Of a stretch of DNA of 44,565 nucleotides, positions 27,619 through 36,808 are shown in pieces. Made by a program: the position numbers and the translations under genes. Position 1 is the first letter of the stretch, and each line of letters opens with the position of its first letter. The DNA is from Aquihabitans sp. Its GTDB lineage: Bacteria > Actinomycetota > Acidimicrobiia > Acidimicrobiales > Iamiaceae. The stretch is from assembly GCA_039924035.1 (NCBI GenBank), contig JBDTBS010000238.1, forward strand, positions 1 to 44,565, written 5' to 3'. The notes under the pieces are model-generated. The model saw only the letters and a list, made by a program, of their open reading frames with translations, did no database searches and was not told the DNA's origin.

Positions 27619-28598
27619 CCCCCGTGACCGCCACAGATTCAGCGCTGACCGTCGAGCAACTCGATAAGCACCGGCGGGAGCTCACCGGCTTCTGCTACCG
27701 CATGCTCGGATCAGGCTCGGAAGCCGATGATGCCGTGCAGGAGACGATGGTCAAGGCATGGAATGCCGCCGACCGATTCGAAGGCCGCAGCAGCGTTCGC
27801 ACCTGGTTGTTCCGCATTGCCTCCAACGTTTGCATCGACATGAACCGCAGCCCGCAGCGCCGGGCGCGGCCTGTCGATCTCGGCCCCGCCCGGACCCCCG
27901 ATGCCGCTCATCTGGTCGACGTACTCCCCGAGGACCGCTGGGTGACGCCGGTGGCCGATGAGGCTGTGCTCGACCTCGATGGTGACCCGGCCCAGGTAGC
28001 TGCCGCCCGCGACACGATCCGTCTCGCGTTCATCTCGGCGCTACAGCGGCTACCGGCTCGCCAGCGGGCGGCGCTGATCCTGTGTGAGGTGCTCGATTGG
28101 CCGGTGCGAGACGTTGCCGAACTCCTCGACACCTCGGTGCCGGCCATCAACAGCGCCTTGCAGCGGGCTCGGACGGCGATGGCGGAAGCGCCCCCGACCA
28201 AAGCAATGGAGCCATTGACTGCGCAACAGGCGGAGTTGCTGTCCCGCTACCTTGCAGCCTTCGAGCGCTACGACATGGGTGCGTTGGCCAAGTTGCTCCA
28301 CGACGATGTCATCCAGACGATGCCGCCGTTTGCCATGTGGCTCCAAGGACGCGACGACCTCATCACCTGGTACGTCGGCCCCGGCGCCGAATGCGAAGGA
28401 TCGCGTCTGTTGGCTACCAGCGCCAACGGGTGCCCGGCCTTCGCTCAATACCGGGTTGATCCCGAAGGCGGATTCAAGCCGTGGGCTCTCCAAGTGCTCG
28501 AACTCGACGGCGATCGCATCATCGGGGTCCACGCCTTCCTCGATACCAACGAGTCCTTCGAACGCTTTGGCCTCCCGGCCCACCTCCCAGCAAGCTGA
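27615..28598 (+). CDS. sigG: ECF sigma factor with C-terminal SnoaL-like domain (SigG/ECF56 type)
   Basis: HRRELTGFCYRMLGS..EADDAVQET, FEGRSSVRTWLFRIA, LPARQRAALIL, NSALQRAR, MPP...WLQG, ANGCPAFAQY. Confidence 0.9.
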   Translation: MTPVTATDSALTVEQLDKHRRELTGFCYRMLGSGSEADDAVQETMVKAWNAADRFEGRSSVRTWLFRIASNVCIDMNRSPQRRARPVDLGPARTPDAAHLVDVLPEDRWVTPVADEAVLDLDGDPAQVAAARDTIRLAFISALQRLPARQRAALILCEVLDWPVRDVAELLDTSVPAINSALQRARTAMAEAPPTKAMEPLTAQQAELLSRYLAAFERYDMGALAKLLHDDVIQTMPPFAMWLQGRDDLITWYVGPGAECEGSRLLATSANGCPAFAQYRVDPEGGFKPWALQVLELDGDRIIGVHAFLDTNESFERFGLPAHLPAS

Positions 28599-28676
28599 CA
28601 GGCGATGCCGCCCAGGGTCTGAGCTCTGGGCATACGGTGAACAGAGCCGGGTCGAATCGAAACGCAGAGGTGCGCC

Positions 28677-29189
28677 ATGGACGTCAGCGAACTGCTCGTA
28701 GAGGGATACGGGCGACTACCCGACCTGGTGCGAGGGGCAGTGGCCGACCTCGACCTCGATCAACTGGTGGCCGCTCCCGGCCCTGGTGCCAACACGGTGG
28801 CCTGGCTGGTGTGGCACCTCACCCGGGTGCAGGACCACCACATCTCGGAGATCCTCGACGCTGAGCAGCGCTACATCAGCGAGAGTTGGCACCAGCGCTT
28901 CGGGCGAGGCCCTGACCCGCAAGACCATGGTTACGGGCACACTGAGGCCGACGTGGCCGCGGTCCAGCCGCAGGCGCTAGGTGACCTGACCGCCTACTAC
29001 GACAGCGTCCACGCCCGGACCATCGACTTTCTCAGCGACCTCGGTGAGTCGGACCTCGACCGCGTCGTCGATGAAGGGTGGGACCCGCCGGTGACAATGG
29101 GCGCTCGTCTGACGAGCATCCTGAACGATGACCTTCAGCACGTCGGTCAAGCTGCCTACGTTCGAGGGCTACTTGTCCCTGAGAGCTGA
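28677..29189 (+). CDS. DinB/DUF664 family protein (mycothiol transferase-like)
   Basis: ANTVAWLVWHLTRVQDHH, GYGH, WDPPVT.G.RL.SI..DDLQHVGQAAYVRG. Confidence 0.88.
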   Translation: MDVSELLVEGYGRLPDLVRGAVADLDLDQLVAAPGPGANTVAWLVWHLTRVQDHHISEILDAEQRYISESWHQRFGRGPDPQDHGYGHTEADVAAVQPQALGDLTAYYDSVHARTIDFLSDLGESDLDRVVDEGWDPPVTMGARLTSILNDDLQHVGQAAYVRGLLVPES

Positions 29190-29271
29190 AGCGATCCCGC
29201 TTTTGGAACGGGGATTACCTGGTCAGCGGCGATGAATGACGTCCGTCATCATCCGAAGATCGCGAGCATGC

Positions 29272-29287
29272 TGTGACGTTCTTCACT
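29272..29287. promoter_or_regulatory. CRP/GlxR-like binding site
   Basis: TGTGA-cgttct-TCACT abuts a TACCGT -10-like hexamer upstream of the DUF6351 gene. Confidence 0.45.
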
Positions 29288-29315
29288 ACCGTGCCAGCGA
29301 CGGGATCAGGCCCGA

Positions 29316-32003
29316 GTGGAGGACGACGTGGACATTCACCGACCGAGCAGGCCATCGCCGCGGAGCTTGGGCGCCGCAGTCGTGGCCGCCATGGCGATCA
29401 TCGCCGCCACCAGCGCCCTGGCCGCATCGGCCGGACCTGATCCGACCCAACCCCAGTCACCGTTGCTGTGCACCACCGAATACAACGGCCTGGGTCAACC
29501 GAAGGTGGACAACCAGGAGAAGCGCGGCACCCCCGTGTATCCGGTAGCTGTGGGTGGCTCCCCCGACCGCACCCAGGCTCCGCTGGGTTGGAGTGAACGC
29601 TGCCAGGCCGACTCCCAGGTGGTTTACCGGTATCGGACCACGTCCGGTGGGTGGACGAACCTGGCCCCCGGAGCCACGAGTGTTCCCTCCGATGTCGTTC
29701 AACTTCCGGTTGCCGATCTGATCGGTGCCGACCGGATGGACCTCGGTGGGGCCACCGAGATCCCGTATGTGATTCGCTACCAAACTGGAACGCTGCCCGA
29801 CAACCGGTTCATCTACAGCACGACCATGCTGGTTCCGTTCGACGAGGTCACCGCCGCGGTCGGCCCCGATGGGCCGTGGGACGACAGCTACTGGAACGAA
29901 CGGCTGGTGTTCAGCTTCGGTGGTGGGGTCGGCATCGGCCACAGCCAGGGGGACCTCTCCTCCAGCGGTGGCCAGCTCGATGATGCCCTGCGCCTCGGTC
30001 ACGCTGTTGTGTACTCCAGCGGTACTCGCACCTCGACGCACTACAACCTGAAGCTCGGCGGACGGACCGCCGAAGAGCTCAAGGGCCTCTTCGTGGCCGA
30101 ACATGGCTTGCCCGTCTACACGGTCGGCATCGGTGGGTCAGGTGGTGGCATCCAGCAGTACGTCTACTCCCAGAACAACCCCGACCTGCTCGATGCCCTC
30201 ATCCCGCAGTACGCCTACCCCGACATGACCACCCAGACCATCAACATCGGCGACTGCGAGCTGCTCGAGCACTACATGGACGTCACCGACGCAGACAACC
30301 CGCGGTGGCAGAACTGGGACAATCGCAAGATCATCGAAGGCCAGAACACCATCGAAGGGTTCACGTCCGACTGGCAGGCCCTCACTGGCGCCACCGGAAG
30401 CAGCGAGTGCATCGAGGGCTGGCGAGGCTCGACCCCGCTGGCGCTCAACCCCTCCTTCGGCCTCGCCGTAGACGAGGAGAAGGTGATCATGTCCTACATC
30501 GGCGAGCTGCTCGGCAAGATCGGCGCTGGCCAACCGGCGGTACCAGACGACTTCCCTGATCTCGGCCGCATCCTGCGCACATCCCCCGACCCCGCCGACT
30601 GGGTGGAGTGGACCCACTGGGCCGATGCCGCCGAGGTCTACGGCATAGACCCGGCCACCGGGTATGCCCGAGTGCCATGGGACAACATCGGAGTTCAGTA
30701 CGGGTTACGGGCCGTCGCCAACGGGACCCTCACCTCCGACGAGTTCCTCGAGCTCAACGCCAAGATCGGCTCGTGGAAGCCCTCGGCCGAAAACGGACCC
30801 GAATCCTGCGGGATGGTGGTGGCCATGACAGACAGCACGCTCGGAGCCTTCGCCAAGGCCATCGGCATGTGCTCGGGTGATGAGCTCGACCAGTACTCGT
30901 CAGGCCAAATGAGGCTCAGCACTGACCCCGACCAGCCCGCGCCCCGGCGGGAAGGAGATATCGCGGCCATCACCGCCGCCTTCGAACGGGGCCTCGAGTT
31001 CGACGGCAACGTGCCCGACGACGTGCCTATCATCGATGCTCGTCACTACCTCGAAGACGAACTCGACATGCACAACGTCCACCAGTCGTTCGTGACCCGT
31101 GAACGGATCATCAACGCCCAGGGCAACGCCGACAATCAGCTCGTCTGGTTCCTGGATGCCCGCCCAGGTAAAGACGGTGCCGCCACATCCCGGCTGTACA
31201 CCGAGGCCTTCCGTCTGGTCGACGAATGGGTCGCGAATATCCAGACCACCCCGGGATCGACTGCTGCCGAGGCCAAGCCGACCGGCGCGGTAGACCGGTG
31301 TTGGACCACGAACGGGACCGAGATCGCCGCCGGCGATGATGTCTGGAGTGGAGCCAACGAACTGGTGCTCAGCGGTGAAGGAGCCTGGACCGGTTCGGCC
31401 CCCACTGAGGTGAACGGTGTGACCGTGGGTGACTGTGCAGCGCACTTCCCGTTGCACTCCACGTCTCGAATCGTGGCCGGTGGGCCCATCACCAACGATG
31501 TCTACAAGTGCTACCTGAAGCCGGTCAGCCAAGCCATCGCTGATGGCGACTACGGCCAATGGGATCCCACTGCCGACGAGCAGGCGCTACTGGAGAAGGT
31601 CCATCCCAACGGCGTCTGCGACTACACCAAGCGCAGCGTTGGCTACCCGGGCCTGGAACTACCGCCCGTCACCACCACGACCACCATCTCGACCACCACG
31701 ACCACGACCAGCACATCGACGACTACGTCGACGACAGCCCCCGCCTCCACGTCGACCACCAAACCGACCACGGTCACCACGATCGGTGCTGCTGGTGGCA
31801 ACGGCGATGAACTCGGCTCCGGGGAGCACGGGAACGGCTACAACGACGACTCGGAATACTTCTACGACGAGAGCCATGGTTGGGACTACCTCCCCACCAC
31901 CGGGGCCGGGGTGGCGGGCCTGGTGCTGGTTGGCCTAGCGCTCCTTGCCGCTGGTGCGGTTCTCATCGTCGGTACGCGTCGTCGCATCGCCAGAGGCGTG
32001 TGA
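29316..32003 (+). CDS. Secreted DUF6351 (tannase-like alpha/beta hydrolase) protein with Thr-rich linker and LPXTG sorting signal
   Basis: N-terminal signal peptide, WNERLVFSFGGGVG, YTVGIGGSGGGIQQ, PWDNIGVQYGL, GVCDY, then LPTTG, a hydrophobic segment and an RRR tail. Confidence 0.82.
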   Translation: MEDDVDIHRPSRPSPRSLGAAVVAAMAIIAATSALAASAGPDPTQPQSPLLCTTEYNGLGQPKVDNQEKRGTPVYPVAVGGSPDRTQAPLGWSERCQADSQVVYRYRTTSGGWTNLAPGATSVPSDVVQLPVADLIGADRMDLGGATEIPYVIRYQTGTLPDNRFIYSTTMLVPFDEVTAAVGPDGPWDDSYWNERLVFSFGGGVGIGHSQGDLSSSGGQLDDALRLGHAVVYSSGTRTSTHYNLKLGGRTAEELKGLFVAEHGLPVYTVGIGGSGGGIQQYVYSQNNPDLLDALIPQYAYPDMTTQTINIGDCELLEHYMDVTDADNPRWQNWDNRKIIEGQNTIEGFTSDWQALTGATGSSECIEGWRGSTPLALNPSFGLAVDEEKVIMSYIGELLGKIGAGQPAVPDDFPDLGRILRTSPDPADWVEWTHWADAAEVYGIDPATGYARVPWDNIGVQYGLRAVANGTLTSDEFLELNAKIGSWKPSAENGPESCGMVVAMTDSTLGAFAKAIGMCSGDELDQYSSGQMRLSTDPDQPAPRREGDIAAITAAFERGLEFDGNVPDDVPIIDARHYLEDELDMHNVHQSFVTRERIINAQGNADNQLVWFLDARPGKDGAATSRLYTEAFRLVDEWVANIQTTPGSTAAEAKPTGAVDRCWTTNGTEIAAGDDVWSGANELVLSGEGAWTGSAPTEVNGVTVGDCAAHFPLHSTSRIVAGGPITNDVYKCYLKPVSQAIADGDYGQWDPTADEQALLEKVHPNGVCDYTKRSVGYPGLELPPVTTTTTISTTTTTTSTSTTTSTTAPASTSTTKPTTVTTIGAAGGNGDELGSGEHGNGYNDDSEYFYDESHGWDYLPTTGAGVAGLVLVGLALLAAGAVLIVGTRRRIARGV
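31671..31781 (+). repeat. Low-complexity ACC/ACG tract encoding a Thr-rich stalk
   Basis: TTTTTISTTTTTTSTSTTTSTTAPASTSTTKPTTVTT. Confidence 0.85.
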
Positions 32004-32010
32004 CCATGGG

Positions 32011-32682
32011 TCAGCCGCCCGTGTAGCGGGTGCCAGGTGGGTCCTGAGCCCAGCCGGCGGGTTGGCCGTAGCGGCCTTCGTACACGAGGTCCTGCAGCGG
32101 TAGTCGGCGGACTGCGCCGTGGCCACCAACGGGACGGCCGAGGGGGATGGTGTTCACGATCGACACGTCTTCGGGTAGGTCCAGCGCGGGTTCGAGGCGG
32201 TCGACAACCGGTCGATGCCACTGGGTCATGACACCGCCGTAGCCGAGGGCGCGAGCAGCCAGCAGCAGGTTCTGACAGGCGGGGTACACCGAGGCGCCAT
32301 CACTGATGTCGTTTCGCTGGCGGCCTGATCGGAAGCAGGCGAACACGATCACCGGTACCTCAGCGATGGTGTCGACGAACTGGTTCATGGTGCGGGCCAT
32401 GCGGGCTGGTCGACTGGTGTCGTCGTCAGCAGGCTCGACCCGGTTCGGGGCCCAGGCTGTCTTGAAGCCCTCGCTGAGCAGTGCTCGTGCCTCGGCCGCT
32501 TCCGGGTTGCGTCGCAGGACGAGGAACCGAAACGGTTGTGTGTTGTGCCCTGAAGGCCCTCGGGTGGCCGCGAACAGGATCTTGTTCAGATCCTCTTCGG
32601 GGATGTCGTCGGGTTGGTACCGACGGATGGCCCGGGTGGATACCAGGCCCTCGTACAGGTCAGGTGCATCTACGGAGTGCAT
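32011..32682 (-). CDS. Nitroreductase family protein
   Basis: TRAIRRY, GPSGHNTQPFRF, GASVYPACQNLLLAARALGYG, IPLGRP. Confidence 0.92.
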   Translation of the reverse strand: MHSVDAPDLYEGLVSTRAIRRYQPDDIPEEDLNKILFAATRGPSGHNTQPFRFLVLRRNPEAAEARALLSEGFKTAWAPNRVEPADDDTSRPARMARTMNQFVDTIAEVPVIVFACFRSGRQRNDISDGASVYPACQNLLLAARALGYGGVMTQWHRPVVDRLEPALDLPEDVSIVNTIPLGRPVGGHGAVRRLPLQDLVYEGRYGQPAGWAQDPPGTRYTGG

Positions 32683-32742
32683 GGCCCGATGGTCGCACGT
32701 TGCTGCGTGGAAGTGGAGACCGGCTAGGTCTCCTCGGAGGTC

Positions 32743-33354
32743 TCAGCCCTCGGAGGAGCGGCCGGCGAAGCGCCAGCCGACGGGCAGCAGAAGCCCGGCC
32801 AGGGCCAGCTTGGCGATGTCGCCGATGATGAAGGGCTGGATGCCCATCGAGAAGCCGCTAGGGGCAGAGCCGAGGACCGGCACACCCACGACGTGGGACA
32901 TCCAGATGGTTCCTGGAACCCAGATGAGGGCGACGTTGACGGCCAACATGGCCGCTACCGAGGTAGCGACTCGGCGGTCTCCGCCTCGCTCAGCGACCAT
33001 CCCGACCAGGCCCGCAGCGACGACCGCTCCGAGCAGGTAGCCGGCGGTGGCCCCCGTGGCGTGGGTCAATCCGCCGGTACCACCGGCGTAGAAGGGCAGC
33101 CCGATGGCCCCGAGGACCCAGAAGAGGCCAACGGCGGCGATGCCTCGTCGGGAGCCGAGGGCCCCACCGACGAGCAGGGCCGCGAAGGTGAGACCGTTCA
33201 CCGGCACGGGCGTGAACCCGAGCGGGACCTGTACCTGGGAAGCAGCTGCGGTCAGCAGAGCGCCACCGATGACGAGGGCTGCGGTGGACACCTTGGTGCG
33301 GGGCAGCAGGTCGGCCAGGACGACGGGACGGGGCAGCGCAGGCGTTGCGAACAT
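32743..33354 (-). CDS. bioY: Biotin transporter BioY
   Basis: PLGFTPVPV, LGSRRG, GAIGLPFYAGG, GATAGYLLG, PFIIGDIAK. Confidence 0.93.
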   Translation of the reverse strand: MFATPALPRPVVLADLLPRTKVSTAALVIGGALLTAAASQVQVPLGFTPVPVNGLTFAALLVGGALGSRRGIAAVGLFWVLGAIGLPFYAGGTGGLTHATGATAGYLLGAVVAAGLVGMVAERGGDRRVATSVAAMLAVNVALIWVPGTIWMSHVVGVPVLGSAPSGFSMGIQPFIIGDIAKLALAGLLLPVGWRFAGRSSEG

Positions 33355-33470
33355 GCCCCATCTTCTAGCGGTCGCGCCAGACGTTCGCCCAACCGATCCA
33401 CATGTCCTGCGCTCCTCCGGCATCGGTTGGCACCTCTGACGATGTTGCCAGTACCCGACAGGAGGCTGTT

Positions 33471-33486
33471 GAACGCAATTGCGTTC
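33471..33486. promoter_or_regulatory. Perfect 16-bp palindrome, candidate operator
   Basis: GAACGCAATTGCGTTC in the divergent intergenic region between bioY and the 33708 gene. Confidence 0.5.
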
Positions 33487-33707
33487 TGTGGGATAACAGA
33501 GATGGTTGATCTCTCGTTCGGCCTGCCGTGATCGCGGGATCGCCACTGAAGTCGAGCACGTACGTCAGGAGGTAGAGCGAGTTCGACTCGGCGGGCCGTG
33601 ACCGGCTCGAGGCAGCACCAAGGCAGCATCGGCACCGCCGATCCTCGTACCTGGAGGGCAGCCCCGCCGTCGGCGGAGGCATGGAACCACGACGAAAGCG
33701 AGTCACA

Positions 33708-34250
33708 ATGACCGACAAGAAATTCGAAGCCGAGCAGTCCAAACTCACCAAGGTCGACGATGTCGAAGGAGTCGATCCGAAGCTGCGCACCCAGGTGTCC
33801 AACTCGACGGCCGACGTCGAGTCGGCCAGCAGTGCGCTTCGACGGGTCATCGGTGACCTGCACGAGACCCAGGGTGCGGCCTGGAAGCGCTATGCCGCGG
33901 ATCTGGAGCAGGCGACCAATCGGCTGGACGCTCAGTTGGCGATGGCATCGGCTCGGCTGCGTGCTGAGCAGGCCAAGTCGAAGCCCGAGATCAAAGATGC
34001 CCTCACCCAACTGGCCGACGTGTGGCGCACTCGAGCCGACGAGATCCGTGTCCATGCTCATCTCGGAGAGATGGATGCCCGTGACGTTGGAATGCGGGGC
34101 TTGGAAGAGCTGGACAATGCCACTCACCGGGTGACCGAGTTGGCGACCGGCGTGCTCGATGACCTGGGCGAGTCGCTCACCTCGCTTCGTGATCGGGTCA
34201 CGGGCATCCTCGACGACATCGGCCAATGGGGCCGGGCCTCCAGCGACTGA
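33708..34250 (+). CDS. Hypothetical all-helical (coiled-coil/apolipoprotein-like) protein
   Basis: GAAAGCGAG RBS. Amphipathic, Pro-poor sequence including DEIRVHAHLGEMDARD. Confidence 0.75.
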   Translation: MTDKKFEAEQSKLTKVDDVEGVDPKLRTQVSNSTADVESASSALRRVIGDLHETQGAAWKRYAADLEQATNRLDAQLAMASARLRAEQAKSKPEIKDALTQLADVWRTRADEIRVHAHLGEMDARDVGMRGLEELDNATHRVTELATGVLDDLGESLTSLRDRVTGILDDIGQWGRASSD

Positions 34251-34353
34251 GCTCGACTGGCGCACGATGGCATCCGGCCGAGACGCGGCCACCCGGGTTC
34301 TTTGGCTTTTGTTCTCCCCGATCTAGCGACGCTTTCGTTGCTACCTTGGCCGG

Positions 34354-35502
34354 ATGTCACTTCGTCGTTCTGCTGGCGTCCTAGTCGTTGGCGCCCTCTT
34401 CTTGGCCGGGTGTGGTGGTTCCGATGGCGAGCCGTCGTCGACCACCTCCACAGCAGCGTCTTCGACCGACGAAACGAACGGTTCAAAGACGACGACTACC
34501 GCTGGGGCGGCCGAAGCACCGATTCCGGAGGAACCGGGCCCGTATGCCGTCGGCCGGCGAACCGAGAAGGTCGTCGACCCCGAGCGCAGCGACCGAACCC
34601 TCACCGTCGAGGTCTGGTATCCGACCGACGACGCTGGCGATCCCACCCCCTACGAGTTGATCGCCGGCGTCGGCTTCGACTCCGACCTGTCCACCCAGGA
34701 TGCTGACCCGTCGGCAGAGGGGCCGTTCCCGCTCGTCGTCTTCTCACACGGCTCCGGCGGCTTGCGCCAGCAGTCGGCCTCGATCGTCGAGACGGTGGCA
34801 TCGCACGGATTCGTGGTCGTTGCTCCCGACCATGCCGGCAACACCGCCATCGATCAGCTGGTGGGGACCAGCACCGATCCCGAGGTCACAGCCCGCAACC
34901 GGGTGCTCGACACTCGCTTCATGATCGACGAGGTCGAAGCCGGGGATCTAGCCGCCGGACTCGCCGACATCGATCAGGTGGCGGTCATGGGCCATTCGTT
35001 CGGCGGGTTCACTGCGTTGGCCATGGCCGGTGGGTTCGACGGCATCGAAGCCGACCCACGTGTCGATGTCATCGTTCCCTTGGCCCCGGCTTCGAGCCGA
35101 CTGGACGACGATGCCCTTGCGTCCATCAACATCCCCATGCTCATCGTGACCGGGACCAACGACGAGACCACGCCCATCGACGACCAGTCGACACGACCGC
35201 TCGAGCTGGCCGGCGGTCCCGCCACGCTGGTGGAGATCGAAGGTGCCACCCACTCTGGTGTCACCAACATCTGCGACATCGTCGATGCCGTCGGAGCCCC
35301 AGATGCCAACCTGCCCGATGGTGCCCTGGAAGCTGCTCAGAGCCAAGCCGGAACCATGTGTGACGCTGATGCCCCGATCCAAGCTCAGGAGGCCTTCGAC
35401 ATCACCGAGCACTACGTCGTGTCGTTCCTGCGGCTCTACCTCTACGACGATGCACGGTATGCCGATGTCGCTGAGATAGACGGCGCCGTCGTTCGTCCCT
35501 GA
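34354..35502 (+). CDS. Lipoprotein alpha/beta hydrolase (PAF-acetylhydrolase/chlorophyllase-like)
   Basis: Lipobox LAGC, Ser/Thr linker, PGPYAVG, VWYP, PLVVFSHG, ASHGFVVVAPDH, GHSFG nucleophile elbow, GATH. Confidence 0.88.
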   Translation: MSLRRSAGVLVVGALFLAGCGGSDGEPSSTTSTAASSTDETNGSKTTTTAGAAEAPIPEEPGPYAVGRRTEKVVDPERSDRTLTVEVWYPTDDAGDPTPYELIAGVGFDSDLSTQDADPSAEGPFPLVVFSHGSGGLRQQSASIVETVASHGFVVVAPDHAGNTAIDQLVGTSTDPEVTARNRVLDTRFMIDEVEAGDLAAGLADIDQVAVMGHSFGGFTALAMAGGFDGIEADPRVDVIVPLAPASSRLDDDALASINIPMLIVTGTNDETTPIDDQSTRPLELAGGPATLVEIEGATHSGVTNICDIVDAVGAPDANLPDGALEAAQSQAGTMCDADAPIQAQEAFDITEHYVVSFLRLYLYDDARYADVAEIDGAVVRP

Positions 35503-35540
35503 GCAGGCCGCGGCCCGGACCGAGCCGGGACCACGTCTGC
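35503..35540. terminator. Hairpin between convergent genes
   Basis: GCAGGCCGCGGCCCGG...CCGGGACCACGTCTGC imperfect stem. Confidence 0.45.
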
Positions 35541-35552
35541 CTCGGGTCGTCG

Positions 35553-36386
35553 TCAGCCGTCGTGGTGAATGAGGGCCACCGGTCGCCCGGCGTGGTGGGG
35601 CAACTGCGCAGGGACCCGCCCGAGGACCATGCCGTGGAAGCCTCCTTGGCCCTTGGTGCCCGAGACGATCAGGCTGGCGTTCACCTGGTTTCCGACGTCT
35701 ATCAATGCCTCGACGGGGTGGGCGCCGATGACGGTGATCTCGATCTTGACCCCCTGGCCCTCGAGCGCATGGGCCTGGGCTCGGGCGTCCACTTCGCCCC
35801 GCTCCTTGCGGTTGACCACGTCTCCGTGACCGTAAGAATCAGCGGCGGGGTCGTAGGCATAGACGGTGTGAACCGAACCGCCCACCCGCCGAGCGGCATC
35901 CACGGCCCACTTGGCCGCCGTCGTGCTCTCGTCGGAGCCGTCGATGCCCACGACGATGGTTCCCCCCTGGAGTGGACCGCCGGCGTGCGGAACGATGACC
36001 AGTGGCCGATGTAGGTGGTGCGACAGGTGATGGGCCACGCCGCCCAACCCCAGGCTGTGGAAGCCCCCGTCCCCACGAGCGCCGATGACTACGAGCGATG
36101 CTGCTTCGTCGTCGGCCACCTGAGTGATGATGTCGCTGGGATCACCGTCGAGAATGAGTGACCGGTGGGCCGGGGGCGATGAACCCTCGAGCACCCCTAT
36201 GCGTGCCTCGAGGTCAGATCGGGCCGATGCGATCAGCTCGTCGTGCCAGTCCGGGGGCATCTCTGCTTGATCGGGGTGGAGGGCGCTGGCGACGACCAGT
36301 TCGTCACCTGTGCTGCTACACCATTCGAGCGCCCAGCTGAGGGGCACGCCGGATGTATCCGAGCCGACCACCACAGGGCCGGTCAT
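35553..36386 (-). CDS. Universal stress protein (two USP domains)
   Basis: VVVGSD and IVVGIDGS; LVVIGARG.GG...LGGVA and IVSGTKGQGG...LGRV. Confidence 0.9.
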   Translation of the reverse strand: MTGPVVVGSDTSGVPLSWALEWCSSTGDELVVASALHPDQAEMPPDWHDELIASARSDLEARIGVLEGSSPPAHRSLILDGDPSDIITQVADDEAASLVVIGARGDGGFHSLGLGGVAHHLSHHLHRPLVIVPHAGGPLQGGTIVVGIDGSDESTTAAKWAVDAARRVGGSVHTVYAYDPAADSYGHGDVVNRKERGEVDARAQAHALEGQGVKIEITVIGAHPVEALIDVGNQVNASLIVSGTKGQGGFHGMVLGRVPAQLPHHAGRPVALIHHDG

Positions 36387-36808
36387 GACGAGACCACCGA
36401 ATCGTTCGAGTCCTTCACCCAACTGGCAGGTGAAGGAGGCCTTGATGTCTCACCCACGGAAACAACGGTGCCGTTTGGGGCACCCTCGAGCTTCCGCATG
36501 AGCAGAGGTGCATTCATGATCTGGCTCCTTGCTATGGCAATGAGCGCTACCGAGGGCCGGGGGCAACGCCACGGAGGCTCGACGTTGCTGCCGAGGCCGG
36601 CCGTCCCACGAAATGCATCGTGGCCCGATCCAATGGTACCGCCATTGTCCAGCGCTGAAACGGGGCAATTTCGGCTTTCGCGAACTGTTCGCAGCCCGTT
36701 CGATCGTGTGACGGAATAGTGGTCCTGCGGGCCCTTCCTGAGGGTCTGGTCCGAGGGTGGCACCCGTAGACTGAACGCTTCTGGACCCGGCCTCCTGGAG
36801 AAGACGGC

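Noticed and set aside
31671-31781. ACC/ACG repeats as a possible array
   Set aside because: Simple Thr-rich linker codons with no repeat-spacer structure.
33570-33595. GGTAGAGC followed by GAGTTCGACTC, resembling tRNA D- and T-loop motifs
   Set aside because: No anticodon arm, no proper T-stem and no acceptor stem.
36243-36719. 158-aa ORF in the USP upstream region
   Set aside because: It overlaps the USP start, has many A/T-ending codons and shows no motif.
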